Below are positions 47,703-57,744 of a DNA stretch of 64,000 nucleotides, in pieces. The DNA lies in IMG/VR virus record IMGVR_UViG_3300026737_000001. One strand, 5' to 3'. The stretch comes from a virus. Its lineage: Duplodnaviria > Heunggongvirae > Uroviricota > Caudoviricetes. The number at the start of each line of letters is the position of its first letter. Positions within the stretch are counted from its first letter, which is position 1. The notes under the pieces were generated by a model. That model was given only the letters and a program-made list of their open reading frames with translations, was not told where the DNA came from and did not search any database. The translations under genes were made by a program, and so were the position numbers.

Positions 47703-47875
47703 TTAATACCTCCCCCTTTAAGAGATATTTACAGTACTTTATCAAATGTTTTTCTGTCTTTCCACTCTTCTTTTTTTCCTTTATTCCAATGAGAGATAGG
47801 TGTTAAAAACCCAACAACTCTGGAATAAACTTCACATCTAGTTCTTTTGCTTTCCATAATTACCACCTCCTTTCT

Positions 47876-48592
47876 TTAATTTCTTATTCTTACATTATCA
47901 ATATACTCTTCAGCAATGCTTTTAAATTCCTTTAACTTTTTTTCACTAAAACCATTTTTGCCACAGAGTTCTTTATTATAAGTAGAATCACCTTTGAAAT
48001 TCTGGATAAAATACCAGTCAGAATTTATTATCTGAGAGGCGATTTCTCTAATGTCCTCACTTTCATGCATTCCTGGTACTACTGTGGTTCTGATTTCATA
48101 CTGAACATCATATTTTTCTTTGGCCTGATATATATTATATAAAGAGCGTTTAATCTTATCTAAATTAATCTTGCCTCCTAATGAGCCGTATCTCTCATAT
48201 GGCATTTTAAAATCCATTGCTATATAATCTATAAGACCAGAAGACGCAAGGTATAAAAGTTTTTTAGGATAGGAACCGTTAGTATCAATCTTAACTTTTA
48301 ATCCCATAGTTTTAACTTTTTCAAGGAATAATTTTAAATCATCAATATCCTGCATTAAGGGCTCTCCACCAGTAATAGTAACTCCATCTATCTTTCCTTT
48401 TCTTTCGTTTAGGAACATTAAAATTTCATCTTCGTTAATTAAATTTTCTTTGTCTTTTATATCTTCACTTATTAATGATGGGTTGTGGCAGTAAGGACAT
48501 CGTAAATTACAACCCTGAGTAAATAAGATTGTAGAAATATGTTCTGGATAATCCATCAAAGAAGTCTTTTGTATTCCTGCAAATTTAATCAT
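47876..48592 (-). CDS. nrdG: glycyl-radical enzyme activating protein (anaerobic RNR activase NrdG-like)
   Basis: 'ILFTQGCNLRCPYCHNP' and 'TITGGEPLMQ'. Confidence 0.55.
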   Translation of the reverse strand: MIKFAGIQKTSLMDYPEHISTILFTQGCNLRCPYCHNPSLISEDIKDKENLINEDEILMFLNERKGKIDGVTITGGEPLMQDIDDLKLFLEKVKTMGLKVKIDTNGSYPKKLLYLASSGLIDYIAMDFKMPYERYGSLGGKINLDKIKRSLYNIYQAKEKYDVQYEIRTTVVPGMHESEDIREIASQIINSDWYFIQNFKGDSTYNKELCGKNGFSEKKLKEFKSIAEEYIDNVRIRN

Positions 48593-49187
48593 TTAAACCC
48601 TCACCAAACCTTTTTACAAAAGCTTTTTCATCTGCTGGCATTTGCTCAAAGCCAATCTCCACTAATCCATGTAGCCTTATAATTTCATAAAAAATAGCAA
48701 TAGACTTTTTAAGCTCTCCATCATTATTTTTAATAGTGTAGTCCGCTATTTCTTTATTTTTTCTTTCACGAGTCTTAATCATGTGCCAAACTCTCTTGAA
48801 TGCAGCTTTAAACCCATCTCTTTTATAAAGTCTTTTTGCAAGCTGATAGAATGGTACATCAATGTAGATAACTCTAACCTCATCACCATACATGCCTTTC
48901 ATTTGTCTGACTCCGTTTCTGTCCATAATTACAAATACAGAATCGTTATCCTCTAACTTTCTTTCAACTTCTCTTGTTGAGAGGCAGTAATAGTTGCCGG
49001 CGTATTCTGTAAACTCAGCTTTATTCATTTTGTCTATGTCTTTTTTGGTAACAAAATAGTAAGTCTCTCCGTGAACTTCTCCTTTTCTCATATCTCTTGA
49101 GGTGTGGGATACAAGCTCAGGTAATCCTGAGCCTTTACCGATTGCAGTTTTACCAGAGCCTGAAGGTCCCATTAAGATATATATCAT
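48585..49187 (-). CDS. guanylate kinase-like nucleoside monophosphate kinase
   Basis: 'ILMGPSGSGKT...SHTSRDMRKGEVHGETYYFV...EYAGNYYCLS' is the Gmk signature. Confidence 0.7.
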   Translation of the reverse strand: MIYILMGPSGSGKTAIGKGSGLPELVSHTSRDMRKGEVHGETYYFVTKKDIDKMNKAEFTEYAGNYYCLSTREVERKLEDNDSVFVIMDRNGVRQMKGMYGDEVRVIYIDVPFYQLAKRLYKRDGFKAAFKRVWHMIKTRERKNKEIADYTIKNNDGELKKSIAIFYEIIRLHGLVEIGFEQMPADEKAFVKRFGEGLND

Positions 49188-49198
49188 ATTTAACCCCC

Positions 49199-49618
49199 TT
49201 AAATTTCTAATTCATTTTCTAAAATAGTTCTTGTCTTATCGGTTAATTTAATTTTTTCTTTATTATTTAAGTAATACTCTTTGGCTGTGTCACCAAATTT
49301 CAAACTCATAGCCTCCCAGTCAACTACCATTTGTTGAATATATTTTAGTGGTATCTCCATAGGTTTTCCCTGTGGGCCTATCCAGTGATTCCAATGGTGA
49401 GGATTATTATAATAGTGGTGTCTCCATGCCATCTCAAATCGGTGCTTGTATTTTTCTTTATCTTTATAAAAATATCCTGCATAAGCCCAAAATTCGCTAC
49501 CAGTTAATTTAGATAAATCATGGGTAAAAGCATGAACGAACATACCCTTACCCATTGCAATTTTAAAAACATTCCATTTGTGTTCTAAAACATAAAGTAA
49601 ATATTTTAAAATATACAT
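49199..49618 (-). CDS. hypothetical protein
   Basis: ORF. Confidence 0.3.
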   Translation of the reverse strand: MYILKYLLYVLEHKWNVFKIAMGKGMFVHAFTHDLSKLTGSEFWAYAGYFYKDKEKYKHRFEMAWRHHYYNNPHHWNHWIGPQGKPMEIPLKYIQQMVVDWEAMSLKFGDTAKEYYLNNKEKIKLTDKTRTILENELEI

Positions 49619-49621
49619 TTA

Positions 49622-52600
49622 CTAACCCTCATATCCGTTTTCAGCATCACACTTAGGACAGAATTCGTGTTCTCCTGGCAGATACCCATGTATTGGACAA
49701 ATACTAAAAGTAGGAGTAATAGAGTAATAAGGAAGTTCATAATTTTCAGCAACTCTTTTAACAAACTTTTTGGTAGCCTCTATTCCAGGCATTCTCTCTC
49801 CTAGAAATAAATGTAAAACTGTTCCTCCTGTATAATTTTTCTGAAGTTCATCCTGCCAATCTAAAGCTTCAAAAGGGTCGTCTGTAGCCCCTACAGGTAG
49901 CTGAGTTGAATTAGTGTAATACGGGTCAGCATCTTCTGTATAAACCCTTTTATCATTAGCAAAAACAGCTTCTTCTTTCCCAAACTTATCAAGGTCTGAT
50001 TTGGCCAATCTATAGCTTGTTCCTTCAGCTGGAGTAGCTTCAAGGTTAAAAAGGTCACTTGTTTCTTCCTGGTACTCCACCATTCTTTCTTTCATTTTGT
50101 ACATAACCCATTTAGTAAATTTAATAGCTTCATGTTCTGTCATATCTTTTCCTAAGAAATTCATAACAGATTCATTCATTCCATTTAATCCGATTGTATT
50201 AAAGTGATTTTTCCAGTACTCTCCAAAACGTTCCTTAATACTTCTTAGATAAAACTTAGAATAAGGGTAAAGACCTGCATCTGTTAACTCTTCTAAAATT
50301 CTTCTTTTAATTTCTAAACTTTCTTTTGCAATATCCATTAATTCATAGACTCTCTCTAAATAATCATCAGTATTTTCTGCTAAAAGTCCAATTCTGGGCA
50401 TATTAAGTGTTACTACACCGATAGAGCCTGTCATAGGCGATGAGCCGAATAAACCTCCTCCTCGCTTTCTTAATTGCCGATTATCAAGGCGCAGCCTGCA
50501 GTTATGAGTCAAGATTCCAGTTGTGCCAACCGTAAACATTGGTTCTCCATCTTTGACTTCAAAACAATAAGCCGTTTGTTTTTCTTTTAGTTTTTCAACT
50601 TTATCTATTTTCATCCACAGTTTTGAGTCTTTTTTAAACCAAACGTCGCCATAACTATTTCTATTTAATTTGTAAAATAAAACAGCATAATTTGGATTAT
50701 CTCCTAGTCTTCCATCACTTTTTTTTCTGTCATCAGTATAAACATTGGTTGTTGTTCCCAGAGTAGCAGCTAACATATTTAAGCTTTCTACCATTTTTTC
50801 TGATGATGTATAAATTCTATTTTTGTTTCCTCCATCAGTTTCATAATAGCCATCAAATAATCCTGTTCTAAAGTGTTTGCTCATTTCAAAAACATTTGCT
50901 TTGAAGTATTTATTTAATGCATTATCCCCATCAACAAAACTTTCAATCATTGATTTTACTGCTGGATTATATGTTGAAAGTTTAACTACATTATTTTTTT
51001 CTTCTTTTTCGGTAAATTTAGCCCCAAAAAGTTTAGTCAGTATTTCTTTTAAATTTTCAAGCACTGTTAGCTTGGTATTATTATTTAAAGAAAAAACAGT
51101 TCCTGTATTTTTATCACAGCTTCCGTCTCCTGCAAAAGCTCCTATTAAATAGCCAAGGTCATAAGTTCCTCCTTCGCCTTTAAAACTTGTTAAGCTATAA
51201 GGTAGATAATAACCTTCTTTTAAGTCTTTTCCTGACATTTCTTCAATATCTTTATTTTTATTTTTGATAACAAAATTTAAATGTTCTTCAGTCATCTTTA
51301 TCTCATGCCCGTTAACCAATCTTACATTTATCATATTTTGATTTTCAAACTTATTGAATCGACCTTCTATAAATTTACCATCAGAATAGACTAATATATC
51401 ATCATTATCTTTAGTGTCATAATATGTGTGGTTAATTTGGGAGTATCTTACATTGTCATCACCTGTTTTAACTAATACCTTTTCTTTTCCGTCAAGTGGA
51501 CACATTGAGCGAGCGTCTTCAGCTTTCATATCGGAATTGACGAAGTTCGCAAAATATGGAATTCCGTACTTGGCTGTCATTTCCCAAACAGGATTTAATA
51601 TTTCGTTATCCCAATCAAAATCTGGAGTAATGTTATAAGTAGGAATAGGGAAAGAAAATACTCTTCCTTTTGAATCTCCCGCCAGCATAACCTCAGCAAA
51701 AGCCTTGTTAATCATGTCCATTTCCTTCTGGAAATTTTTAAGCGGCATGTCATAAAGCATTTCGCCACCAATAATAGCTGGGTCCTCTGCCATATTTGAT
51801 GGACAAACTAAATCCATAGTTAAATTTGTAAAAGGACTTTGAAATCCAACCCGTGTCGGTACATTTAAATTAAAAATAAATTCCTGCATAGCCTGATAAA
51901 CTTCATCATAATCAAGTCCATCATAAGATACAAACGGTGCAAGATAAGTATCGAAACTTGAAAAAGCTTGAGCTCCAGAACTCTCTCCCTGTAAAGTATA
52001 TAAAAAATTAACCATTTGTCCTAAAGCAGTTCTGAAGTGTTTTGGTGGTGCCGACTCTATCTTGGTTGACACTCCTGAAAAACCTTCCAATAATAAATCC
52101 TGAAGGTCCCATCCACAACAGTAATTACTTAAATTAGCAAGGTCGTGAATGTGCAAATCTCCACTTACATGCTTTTCTTTAATGTGTTTAGGGTAAATTT
52201 CATTTAACCAATAATGGCCTGTCACCTCGCTTGCTATATGATTATTTAAACCCTGAAGACTATAACCCATATTGGAGTTCTCATTAACTTTCCAATTGCT
52301 TAAATCAAGGTAATTATTAACTGTATCATTTATTCCATTGTATAGTTTTTGAGCATCTCTATACTTTTCATGCTGCTTTCTATATAATATATAGTTTTTT
52401 GCTATTTCATAATGTCTGTTTTCCATTAATTCATACTCAACAATATCCTGTAAAGTCTCAACATTAACAGAGTTTAATCCAGAACTAATCATTCCACTTA
52501 TATTATCTTCTATTTCTTCAACAATATTATTTGCAACAAAATTCCAAAAATCTTCACCTTTTTTTTCTGCTGTTGCCTTCGCTGCTTTATAAACTGCATC

Positions 52601-52663
52601 TTTAATTTTTTTATTTTTATATTCTACTTTTCTTCCGTCTCTTTTAATTACATAAAACGACAT
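49622..52663 (-). CDS. nrdD: anaerobic ribonucleoside-triphosphate reductase NrdD (class III), intein-containing
   Basis: N-terminal ATP-cone, C-terminal zinc ribbon and glycyl region '...CPIHGYL...CPKCD'. 1013 aa, of which 334 aa are intein. Confidence 0.8.
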   Translation of the reverse strand: MSFYVIKRDGRKVEYKNKKIKDAVYKAAKATAEKKGEDFWNFVANNIVEEIEDNISGMISSGLNSVNVETLQDIVEYELMENRHYEIAKNYILYRKQHEKYRDAQKLYNGINDTVNNYLDLSNWKVNENSNMGYSLQGLNNHIASEVTGHYWLNEIYPKHIKEKHVSGDLHIHDLANLSNYCCGWDLQDLLLEGFSGVSTKIESAPPKHFRTALGQMVNFLYTLQGESSGAQAFSSFDTYLAPFVSYDGLDYDEVYQAMQEFIFNLNVPTRVGFQSPFTNLTMDLVCPSNMAEDPAIIGGEMLYDMPLKNFQKEMDMINKAFAEVMLAGDSKGRVFSFPIPTYNITPDFDWDNEILNPVWEMTAKYGIPYFANFVNSDMKAEDARSMCPLDGKEKVLVKTGDDNVRYSQINHTYYDTKDNDDILVYSDGKFIEGRFNKFENQNMINVRLVNGHEIKMTEEHLNFVIKNKNKDIEEMSGKDLKEGYYLPYSLTSFKGEGGTYDLGYLIGAFAGDGSCDKNTGTVFSLNNNTKLTVLENLKEILTKLFGAKFTEKEEKNNVVKLSTYNPAVKSMIESFVDGDNALNKYFKANVFEMSKHFRTGLFDGYYETDGGNKNRIYTSSEKMVESLNMLAATLGTTTNVYTDDRKKSDGRLGDNPNYAVLFYKLNRNSYGDVWFKKDSKLWMKIDKVEKLKEKQTAYCFEVKDGEPMFTVGTTGILTHNCRLRLDNRQLRKRGGGLFGSSPMTGSIGVVTLNMPRIGLLAENTDDYLERVYELMDIAKESLEIKRRILEELTDAGLYPYSKFYLRSIKERFGEYWKNHFNTIGLNGMNESVMNFLGKDMTEHEAIKFTKWVMYKMKERMVEYQEETSDLFNLEATPAEGTSYRLAKSDLDKFGKEEAVFANDKRVYTEDADPYYTNSTQLPVGATDDPFEALDWQDELQKNYTGGTVLHLFLGERMPGIEATKKFVKRVAENYELPYYSITPTFSICPIHGYLPGEHEFCPKCDAENGYEG
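50501..51502 (-). mobile_element. intein with LAGLIDADG homing-endonuclease domain inside NrdD (aa 388-721)
   Basis: Starts with Cys in 'ARSM|CPLDGKEKVLV' and ends 'GILTHN|C'. LAGLIDADG motifs 'YLIGAFAGDGS' and 'FRTGLFDGYYETDGG'. Extein junction 'ARSM-CRLRLD'. Confidence 0.7.
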
Positions 52664-52675
52664 TTTACTCCCCCT

Positions 52676-53050
52676 TTAAATTATTAACCGTTTATTTTTT
52701 ACTTTCTGTTTTTTATTTATTACTATTTTTTTATCTTTAAGGTCTTCGTTTAAGTTTACATTATAAAATCTTTTATAAAGCTTTGAGGCCTCATCATTTA
52801 GGCAATCTTTTACATTTTGGCCACATGTTTTATGATTATAAAGGCAGTCTGAACAAAAAACACTTATAGATTCTTCTTCACTTCTCTCGTTTTTATAATC
52901 ATCACTAATATTTAAATTATTGATTTTACACTTTATAGCATTTTCAGTCCTGTTTATAACTTTAGACAATTCTTTAGCTGAAAGCCTTGGATATTGCAGA
53001 AGATAAAACATTTCTGTAGCTGTCCATCTCTTAGAAGCCATACATATCAT
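52676..53050 (-). CDS. hypothetical Cys-containing protein
   Basis: ORF. Confidence 0.3.
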   Translation of the reverse strand: MICMASKRWTATEMFYLLQYPRLSAKELSKVINRTENAIKCKINNLNISDDYKNERSEEESISVFCSDCLYNHKTCGQNVKDCLNDEASKLYKRFYNVNLNEDLKDKKIVINKKQKVKNKRLII

Positions 53051-53053
53051 CCC

Positions 53054-53890
53054 TTATTTTATATTTTTTAATCTTCTATAGATTGTCATCGGAGTTTTAT
53101 CCAGCATATCTCCTATTTCTTCAACAGTTTTGTTATTAACTAAGTACTCATTAGCTATTATTTTATTCTCTATGTTCTTATCTTTTATTTTTTCAAGTTT
53201 ATTTCTGATAGTATTAATCCTTCTTGAAATTGATGATTTAGATTTTCCTAATCTCTCACCTATTTCGTCTAAGATTAAATGGTCTTCAAATCTTAGTTTT
53301 AAAATTAACCTTTCTTCAATTGTTAAATCAGAAAATCTATTGTTGCATGTATTTCCATTAACCCAATCTCTATCAATACTTGTTTTTGAAACTTCATCTT
53401 TTTCTGTGACTAAAAATGGATTTTGCATAGGCCACTTTTCTATATTATCTGATAAAGGTTCTGTCTTTACATTGTCTACTGTATTGTTTTTTAGTATATA
53501 AGGAAAATAAATTGACAAGAAATAATCAAATGGACTTTCAACTTCTTTTCTTTCATCATATTCTGATATATCAAAAACATCTAAAGAAATTAAAAAAGAT
53601 AATTTTACATCCTGATAGACATCTTCAAAATCATATGCTGAATATATTGCGTTAATAACACTTACAACATTGGTTAATTCTTCTACTGAAGAGCTGCCTC
53701 CTGGCTGAAGAAGTCTAAGAAAGTTTTTAACTGAAGTGTTGCTTTTATAAGAGCCGTGATAAATAAGCGAAACAAAGTTTTTTATGAATGCATCATACAT
53801 GTCTAAAAGTTTTTGTCCTGACTCTTTATTTCCTTTTTTGTATTCTTCTATTAGCTTTAGTTTTTCACTCATCATAATTTCCCTCTTCAA
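53054..53890 (-). CDS. phage-encoded RNA polymerase sigma factor (sigma-70 family, region 4 duplicated)
   Basis: 'LILKLRFEDHLILDEIGERLGKSKSSISRRINTIRNKL' and 'EIGDMLDKTPMTIYRRLKNI' HTHs. Confidence 0.5.
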   Translation of the reverse strand: MKREIMMSEKLKLIEEYKKGNKESGQKLLDMYDAFIKNFVSLIYHGSYKSNTSVKNFLRLLQPGGSSSVEELTNVVSVINAIYSAYDFEDVYQDVKLSFLISLDVFDISEYDERKEVESPFDYFLSIYFPYILKNNTVDNVKTEPLSDNIEKWPMQNPFLVTEKDEVSKTSIDRDWVNGNTCNNRFSDLTIEERLILKLRFEDHLILDEIGERLGKSKSSISRRINTIRNKLEKIKDKNIENKIIANEYLVNNKTVEEIGDMLDKTPMTIYRRLKNIK

Positions 53891-54158
53891 AATCTTCTAT
53901 TAACTTCCTCAAAGTATCTTCTATATTTCCATTGTAATCTCCAGAAAACCCATCATCCAAACCTTTATCAACTAACAAGTTTGTTTCCGCACTATCAAAA
54001 GGATTAAAAAATAAAAATTCAATCTCAGTCCCTAAAGTTTGACTTTCTTTGTCTACCTGTCCTAACATGCATAAAAAATCTTTAATATCCTGTGGGTGTT
54101 CAGAAAAAATTTCATCAAAGCTCATTTCTACATCGAAATTATCAAAATTAAATTTCAT
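53865..54158 (-). CDS. acidic hypothetical protein
   Basis: ORF. Confidence 0.3.
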   Translation of the reverse strand: MKFNFDNFDVEMSFDEIFSEHPQDIKDFLCMLGQVDKESQTLGTEIEFLFFNPFDSAETNLLVDKGLDDGFSGDYNGNIEDTLRKLIEDFEEGNYDE

Positions 54159-54173
54159 TTATTATCACGCCTT

Positions 54174-54737
54174 CTATATTTTTTGCCCCTTTTTCTTATT
54201 GAAAAGAAAAGAAAGTGCGATTCCTATAGCATCTGCTTTATCATTTTCTTTCTTAAAATTTAACCCTAAATCAAAGTATTCATTTATTGCTTCTGTCATC
54301 TCTTCCTTTGAAGCTCTTCCATTTCCTGAAGCTATTTTTTTTACACTTGTAGGATAATATAAGTACATATCTTTTTGATACATCTCTGCTAAAAACATGC
54401 AAACCCCTCTTACATGACTTAATCTTTTTAAAGTTTTAGGGTTAAGAGAGCTGTATTGGTCTTCAATACTTATTATTTCAGGCTTATAAAATTTAATAAT
54501 TTTTTCTAGCTGTTCATATATTTGATAAAATCTTTTTCTATCTGTCTTATCCGAATCTGTTTCTATATTGTCATAATCTAAAAGCTCTGGTTTGTAGTTA
54601 CCTTTAAACAAACTTTCTTCTTTTTCAGGTGTTATTATATTTACAAGTTCGTCTTCCTCATATTCCAAAACTGCCCAGCCGGTGCTGGTGATGCTCGGGT
54701 CAATCCCTAGTATCCTCTTTTTCATCTTCTGTATCAT
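54174..54737 (-). CDS. ruvC: RuvC-like Holliday junction resolvase
   Basis: 'ILGIDPSITSTGWAVL' (RuvC 'ILGIDPG...TG'), conserved acidic residues. Confidence 0.6.
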   Translation of the reverse strand: MIQKMKKRILGIDPSITSTGWAVLEYEEDELVNIITPEKEESLFKGNYKPELLDYDNIETDSDKTDRKRFYQIYEQLEKIIKFYKPEIISIEDQYSSLNPKTLKRLSHVRGVCMFLAEMYQKDMYLYYPTSVKKIASGNGRASKEEMTEAINEYFDLGLNFKKENDKADAIGIALSFLFNKKKGQKI

Positions 54738-54860
54738 CTACTTCCTCTTTGTTTTTTTCTTCGTCTGATTCAGATTCTGATAAATTACCTGACCATTCAT
54801 CGCCAATCTTTAAGCCTTTTTCTTGGTCTTCAATTATATTGATTTTTTTTGACATTAAAA

Positions 54861-55604
54861 TCACCTCCCGCGCCAGTTATAGCAAATATCACTGTATGCA
54901 CATGCTTTACATAAATAGTTTATATTCTGCCAGTAGAGCTCCTGGTCTATAATCTCTGCAATATTATCTAAAGTAGCAACCATTTTTTTAAACTGCCAGT
55001 TGCTTCTATATATCTCTAAAAATCTACCTTTTCTTACGCTGTTGTAAATAAATTTATCTTCTTTTTGTTTAAATATATTTCTAAATCCATAACTCATAAG
55101 AGAAAATTTAAGGTCGTTATTTTTTCTAAAAGTATCAGGATTATGAGAAGCATTACTAAAATACATTATGTGAGTTTTTTTATTTACCATTTTTACAAGC
55201 TGTAAATTGCAATTTGTAATTTTGTGATTTTCTAGTTCTACATCAAACTTTTCATTCACAGCTATTGGAATCCCTGGATTATCTCTGTGTTTAATGTAAA
55301 ACTTTTTTATAAATTCTCCTGGGTATTGCTGTGTATATCTCTTTTTTTGCTGACTTGTTTTGAATTTTAAAAACTCTTCCTTTTCAGCAAATTGAGTTCC
55401 ATAAAAATTTTTTAATTCAGTTTCTGAAGGTATTCTTTCTTCTTCAAGTATTGTGTTATAAAAAAAGTAAATAGTATTTGTTAATATGTCGTCTATTACT
55501 TTTCTGCCCATGTAGCTTTCAACCTTGTCTTTTCTTTGATGCTTGAAAAGATATAAGGCAGGACATGCTAAAAAATCTAATAGTGCTTGATATTCTATTT
55601 CCAA
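54861..55604 (-). CDS. hypothetical protein with Cas4/RecB-like Cys pattern (C...CxxCx5C)
   Basis: Cys14 plus C-terminal 'CKACAYSDIC'. Confidence 0.3.
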   Translation of the reverse strand: MEIEYQALLDFLACPALYLFKHQRKDKVESYMGRKVIDDILTNTIYFFYNTILEEERIPSETELKNFYGTQFAEKEEFLKFKTSQQKKRYTQQYPGEFIKKFYIKHRDNPGIPIAVNEKFDVELENHKITNCNLQLVKMVNKKTHIMYFSNASHNPDTFRKNNDLKFSLMSYGFRNIFKQKEDKFIYNSVRKGRFLEIYRSNWQFKKMVATLDNIAEIIDQELYWQNINYLCKACAYSDICYNWRGR

Positions 55605-55655
55605 TTAATTCACCTCATATTATGTTGATTTGTTTATTTTACTTCACTAAACTAA

Positions 55656-56321
55656 TTATAACACAAATCCGTCCACTTTTAAAGTTTTTATCTCTTTTAA
55701 TATTTTATCGGTTGATTCTTCTATTGAATGAAGGCTTGAGTTAATTATTACTTTGGTGTAATCAAGCATTTTTAAATTATGATTTTTAGTTAGAGTTATA
55801 AACTTTCTATTTAATCCGTCCCAATCATAATTGTATTTTTCCATAAAGGTATCTGCTTCATTACTGATAAATGGTTCGTTAGCTATCATTATAACGCCCA
55901 TATCCGGAGTTGGAAATCCTAACATCTCTTCTATCTTAAATAAATCTTTGTAGTCTAAAACTCCCTTTTCCATGCACTGATAGACAGCTGTTGAAAGGTC
56001 GTATCTATCACTTAATATTATAGTGTTGTCATCATTTCCTTTTTCTATTAATGTTTTTGTATGTTCAGCCCTATCAGCCAGGAATATTAATGTTTCAGTT
56101 AAAGGAGATATTTTTTCATTTTTATCAAACAAAATCTTTCTTAACTTTAAACCGAACTCTGAACCTCCAGGTTCTTTAGTTGTCAATACTCTCTTATTAA
56201 AGGAAGGAGAAGCCTTCAAGGCCTCTCCCACGCTTTCTAAGAGGGTTGATTTTCCGACCCAATCGGGCCCTTCAAATACGATAAACAAACTAATCATCCT
56301 CTCTCTTTTCTGCTTCTTCAA
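55656..56321 (-). CDS. tmk: thymidylate kinase
   Basis: 'IVFEGPDWVGKSTL' and the 'DRY' motif 'LSDRYDLS'. Confidence 0.65.
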   Translation of the reverse strand: MKKQKRERMISLFIVFEGPDWVGKSTLLESVGEALKASPSFNKRVLTTKEPGGSEFGLKLRKILFDKNEKISPLTETLIFLADRAEHTKTLIEKGNDDNTIILSDRYDLSTAVYQCMEKGVLDYKDLFKIEEMLGFPTPDMGVIMIANEPFISNEADTFMEKYNYDWDGLNRKFITLTKNHNLKMLDYTKVIINSSLHSIEESTDKILKEIKTLKVDGFVL

Positions 56322-56553
56322 TTACTTTACTCATTATTTTGCCAAAATCATCTCCGTCTTCTAAATCCTCTTTGTCAAAATGCATTACAAAGTCGGGTTC
56401 TCCAGCGAATGTATACCTGTATACTTCAAAGACTATAAAACCTGAAAGCAGTGTTAAAGCTGAGTATATTAATGAGTAATTAACAAAAACGACCATTGAT
56501 AATATTCCGAAGATTAAACCTAAGACATAGCTTATTGTTGAAACATGCGACAT
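56290..56553 (-). CDS. small membrane protein
   Basis: Two TM segments. Confidence 0.3.
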   Translation of the reverse strand: MSHVSTISYVLGLIFGILSMVVFVNYSLIYSALTLLSGFIVFEVYRYTFAGEPDFVMHFDKEDLEDGDDFGKIMSKVIEEAEKREDD

Positions 56554-56594
56554 TAAAAAAATCTCTACATTGTCTAAAAATACTAGAAATTTAT

Positions 56595-57257
56595 TTATTT
56601 TACCACCTCCTGGTCATTTGCCAAAAAATCGGCAATATGTACTATCTTAAGAAAATCATTCTCTTTTCTATACCTTAAAGATTGAATTAAGCACTTACCC
56701 CCTGTGTGGCCTTCAATCCCCTTCATTATCAAGTCAAAAGCATCTTTATCTTCTTCGTTTGCTATCAAGTATTCATAGTCTAAAAATTTAATTCTTGGCT
56801 GAATCAAATGCAAGTGAAAAATTTCATCTTTATCAGCAGTAGAAAATGAATCTAAAAAACAATCATGTAAAAGTGTTGCTGCAAGTACAATATCACGCTT
56901 GTAATCGCTAATATCCCAAGCTTTAATTAGCTTTTTAGCTATTTTAAATGCCTTTTTAGAGTGGAGCACAGCTCCTCCGACACCTTCTTCATCTTCAGGA
57001 GTTTTGCCGTACTCTGATTTATTAGGCCTAAACCAAAATTCATTTGGTAAACTTTCTAAAATTTTAATAACTATAACTTTTACATTATAATTTTTGATAT
57101 CATTTATTTCACTGCCAAATACTATATTTTTTTCTTCATCTGTTAAGTTTGTTATTCCATAGATGTTTGTCATATTCTTAAGGTCAGCTTCTTCTCCTAC
57201 TAAGTTTCCTTCAGCATCAACTAGTTTATCATTTACTAAGAATTTAAGGTAATTCAT
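56595..57257 (-). CDS. HD-domain phosphohydrolase-like protein
   Basis: 'VLHSKKAF...AATLLHDCF' H...HD. Confidence 0.4.
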   Translation of the reverse strand: MNYLKFLVNDKLVDAEGNLVGEEADLKNMTNIYGITNLTDEEKNIVFGSEINDIKNYNVKVIVIKILESLPNEFWFRPNKSEYGKTPEDEEGVGGAVLHSKKAFKIAKKLIKAWDISDYKRDIVLAATLLHDCFLDSFSTADKDEIFHLHLIQPRIKFLDYEYLIANEEDKDAFDLIMKGIEGHTGGKCLIQSLRYRKENDFLKIVHIADFLANDQEVVK

Positions 57258-57278
57258 CTCTATCTTCCCCCAATAATT

Positions 57279-57596
57279 TTATATTTTATGTCTTCTTCTT
57301 ACTTCTTTTGGCCAGCACTTATGACAAACAGAAGCTTCCCACTCTTTTTTTCTGTTCTGATTTACATTACCATTGTGGTCTGTCTTTACAAAAATAAGCT
57401 GTTTACCGCAGAACTTGCAGTATTTTGTGTGTCCACCATAATCTTTATCAACTCTGTCTTTTTTGTTAATTTCTTGGTTTGCTTTATCACTATTTTGTAT
57501 CATCTTTTTCCCTCTCAATCTTGAACTCAGTCTCACAACTAGGACACTGGAGCTTTTCGTAATCTTCATCTCCGAGTTTATTTGAGAAAAAATCAC
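57279..57596 (-). CDS. zinc-finger protein
   Basis: 'CKFCGKQ...CHKC'. Confidence 0.35.
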   Translation of the reverse strand: MIFSQINSEMKITKSSSVLVVRLSSRLRGKKMIQNSDKANQEINKKDRVDKDYGGHTKYCKFCGKQLIFVKTDHNGNVNQNRKKEWEASVCHKCWPKEVRRRHKI

Positions 57597-57744
57597 CGCA
57601 TTCAGGACATTTATACAAATCTAGTTTCTCCTCTTCACACTCATCTGCTGTAGCGTAGACCTTAAGGTCTATATCGCTCTGTTTGAATGTGTTGTTTATA
57701 AAACTCAACTTCTCCTCTACTTCTTTTTTTAAGTCCTCTCTCAT
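57490..57744 (-). CDS. zinc-ribbon protein
   Basis: 'CPECGDFF...CPSCE'. Confidence 0.35.
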   Translation of the reverse strand: MREDLKKEVEEKLSFINNTFKQSDIDLKVYATADECEEEKLDLYKCPECGDFFSNKLGDEDYEKLQCPSCETEFKIEREKDDTK

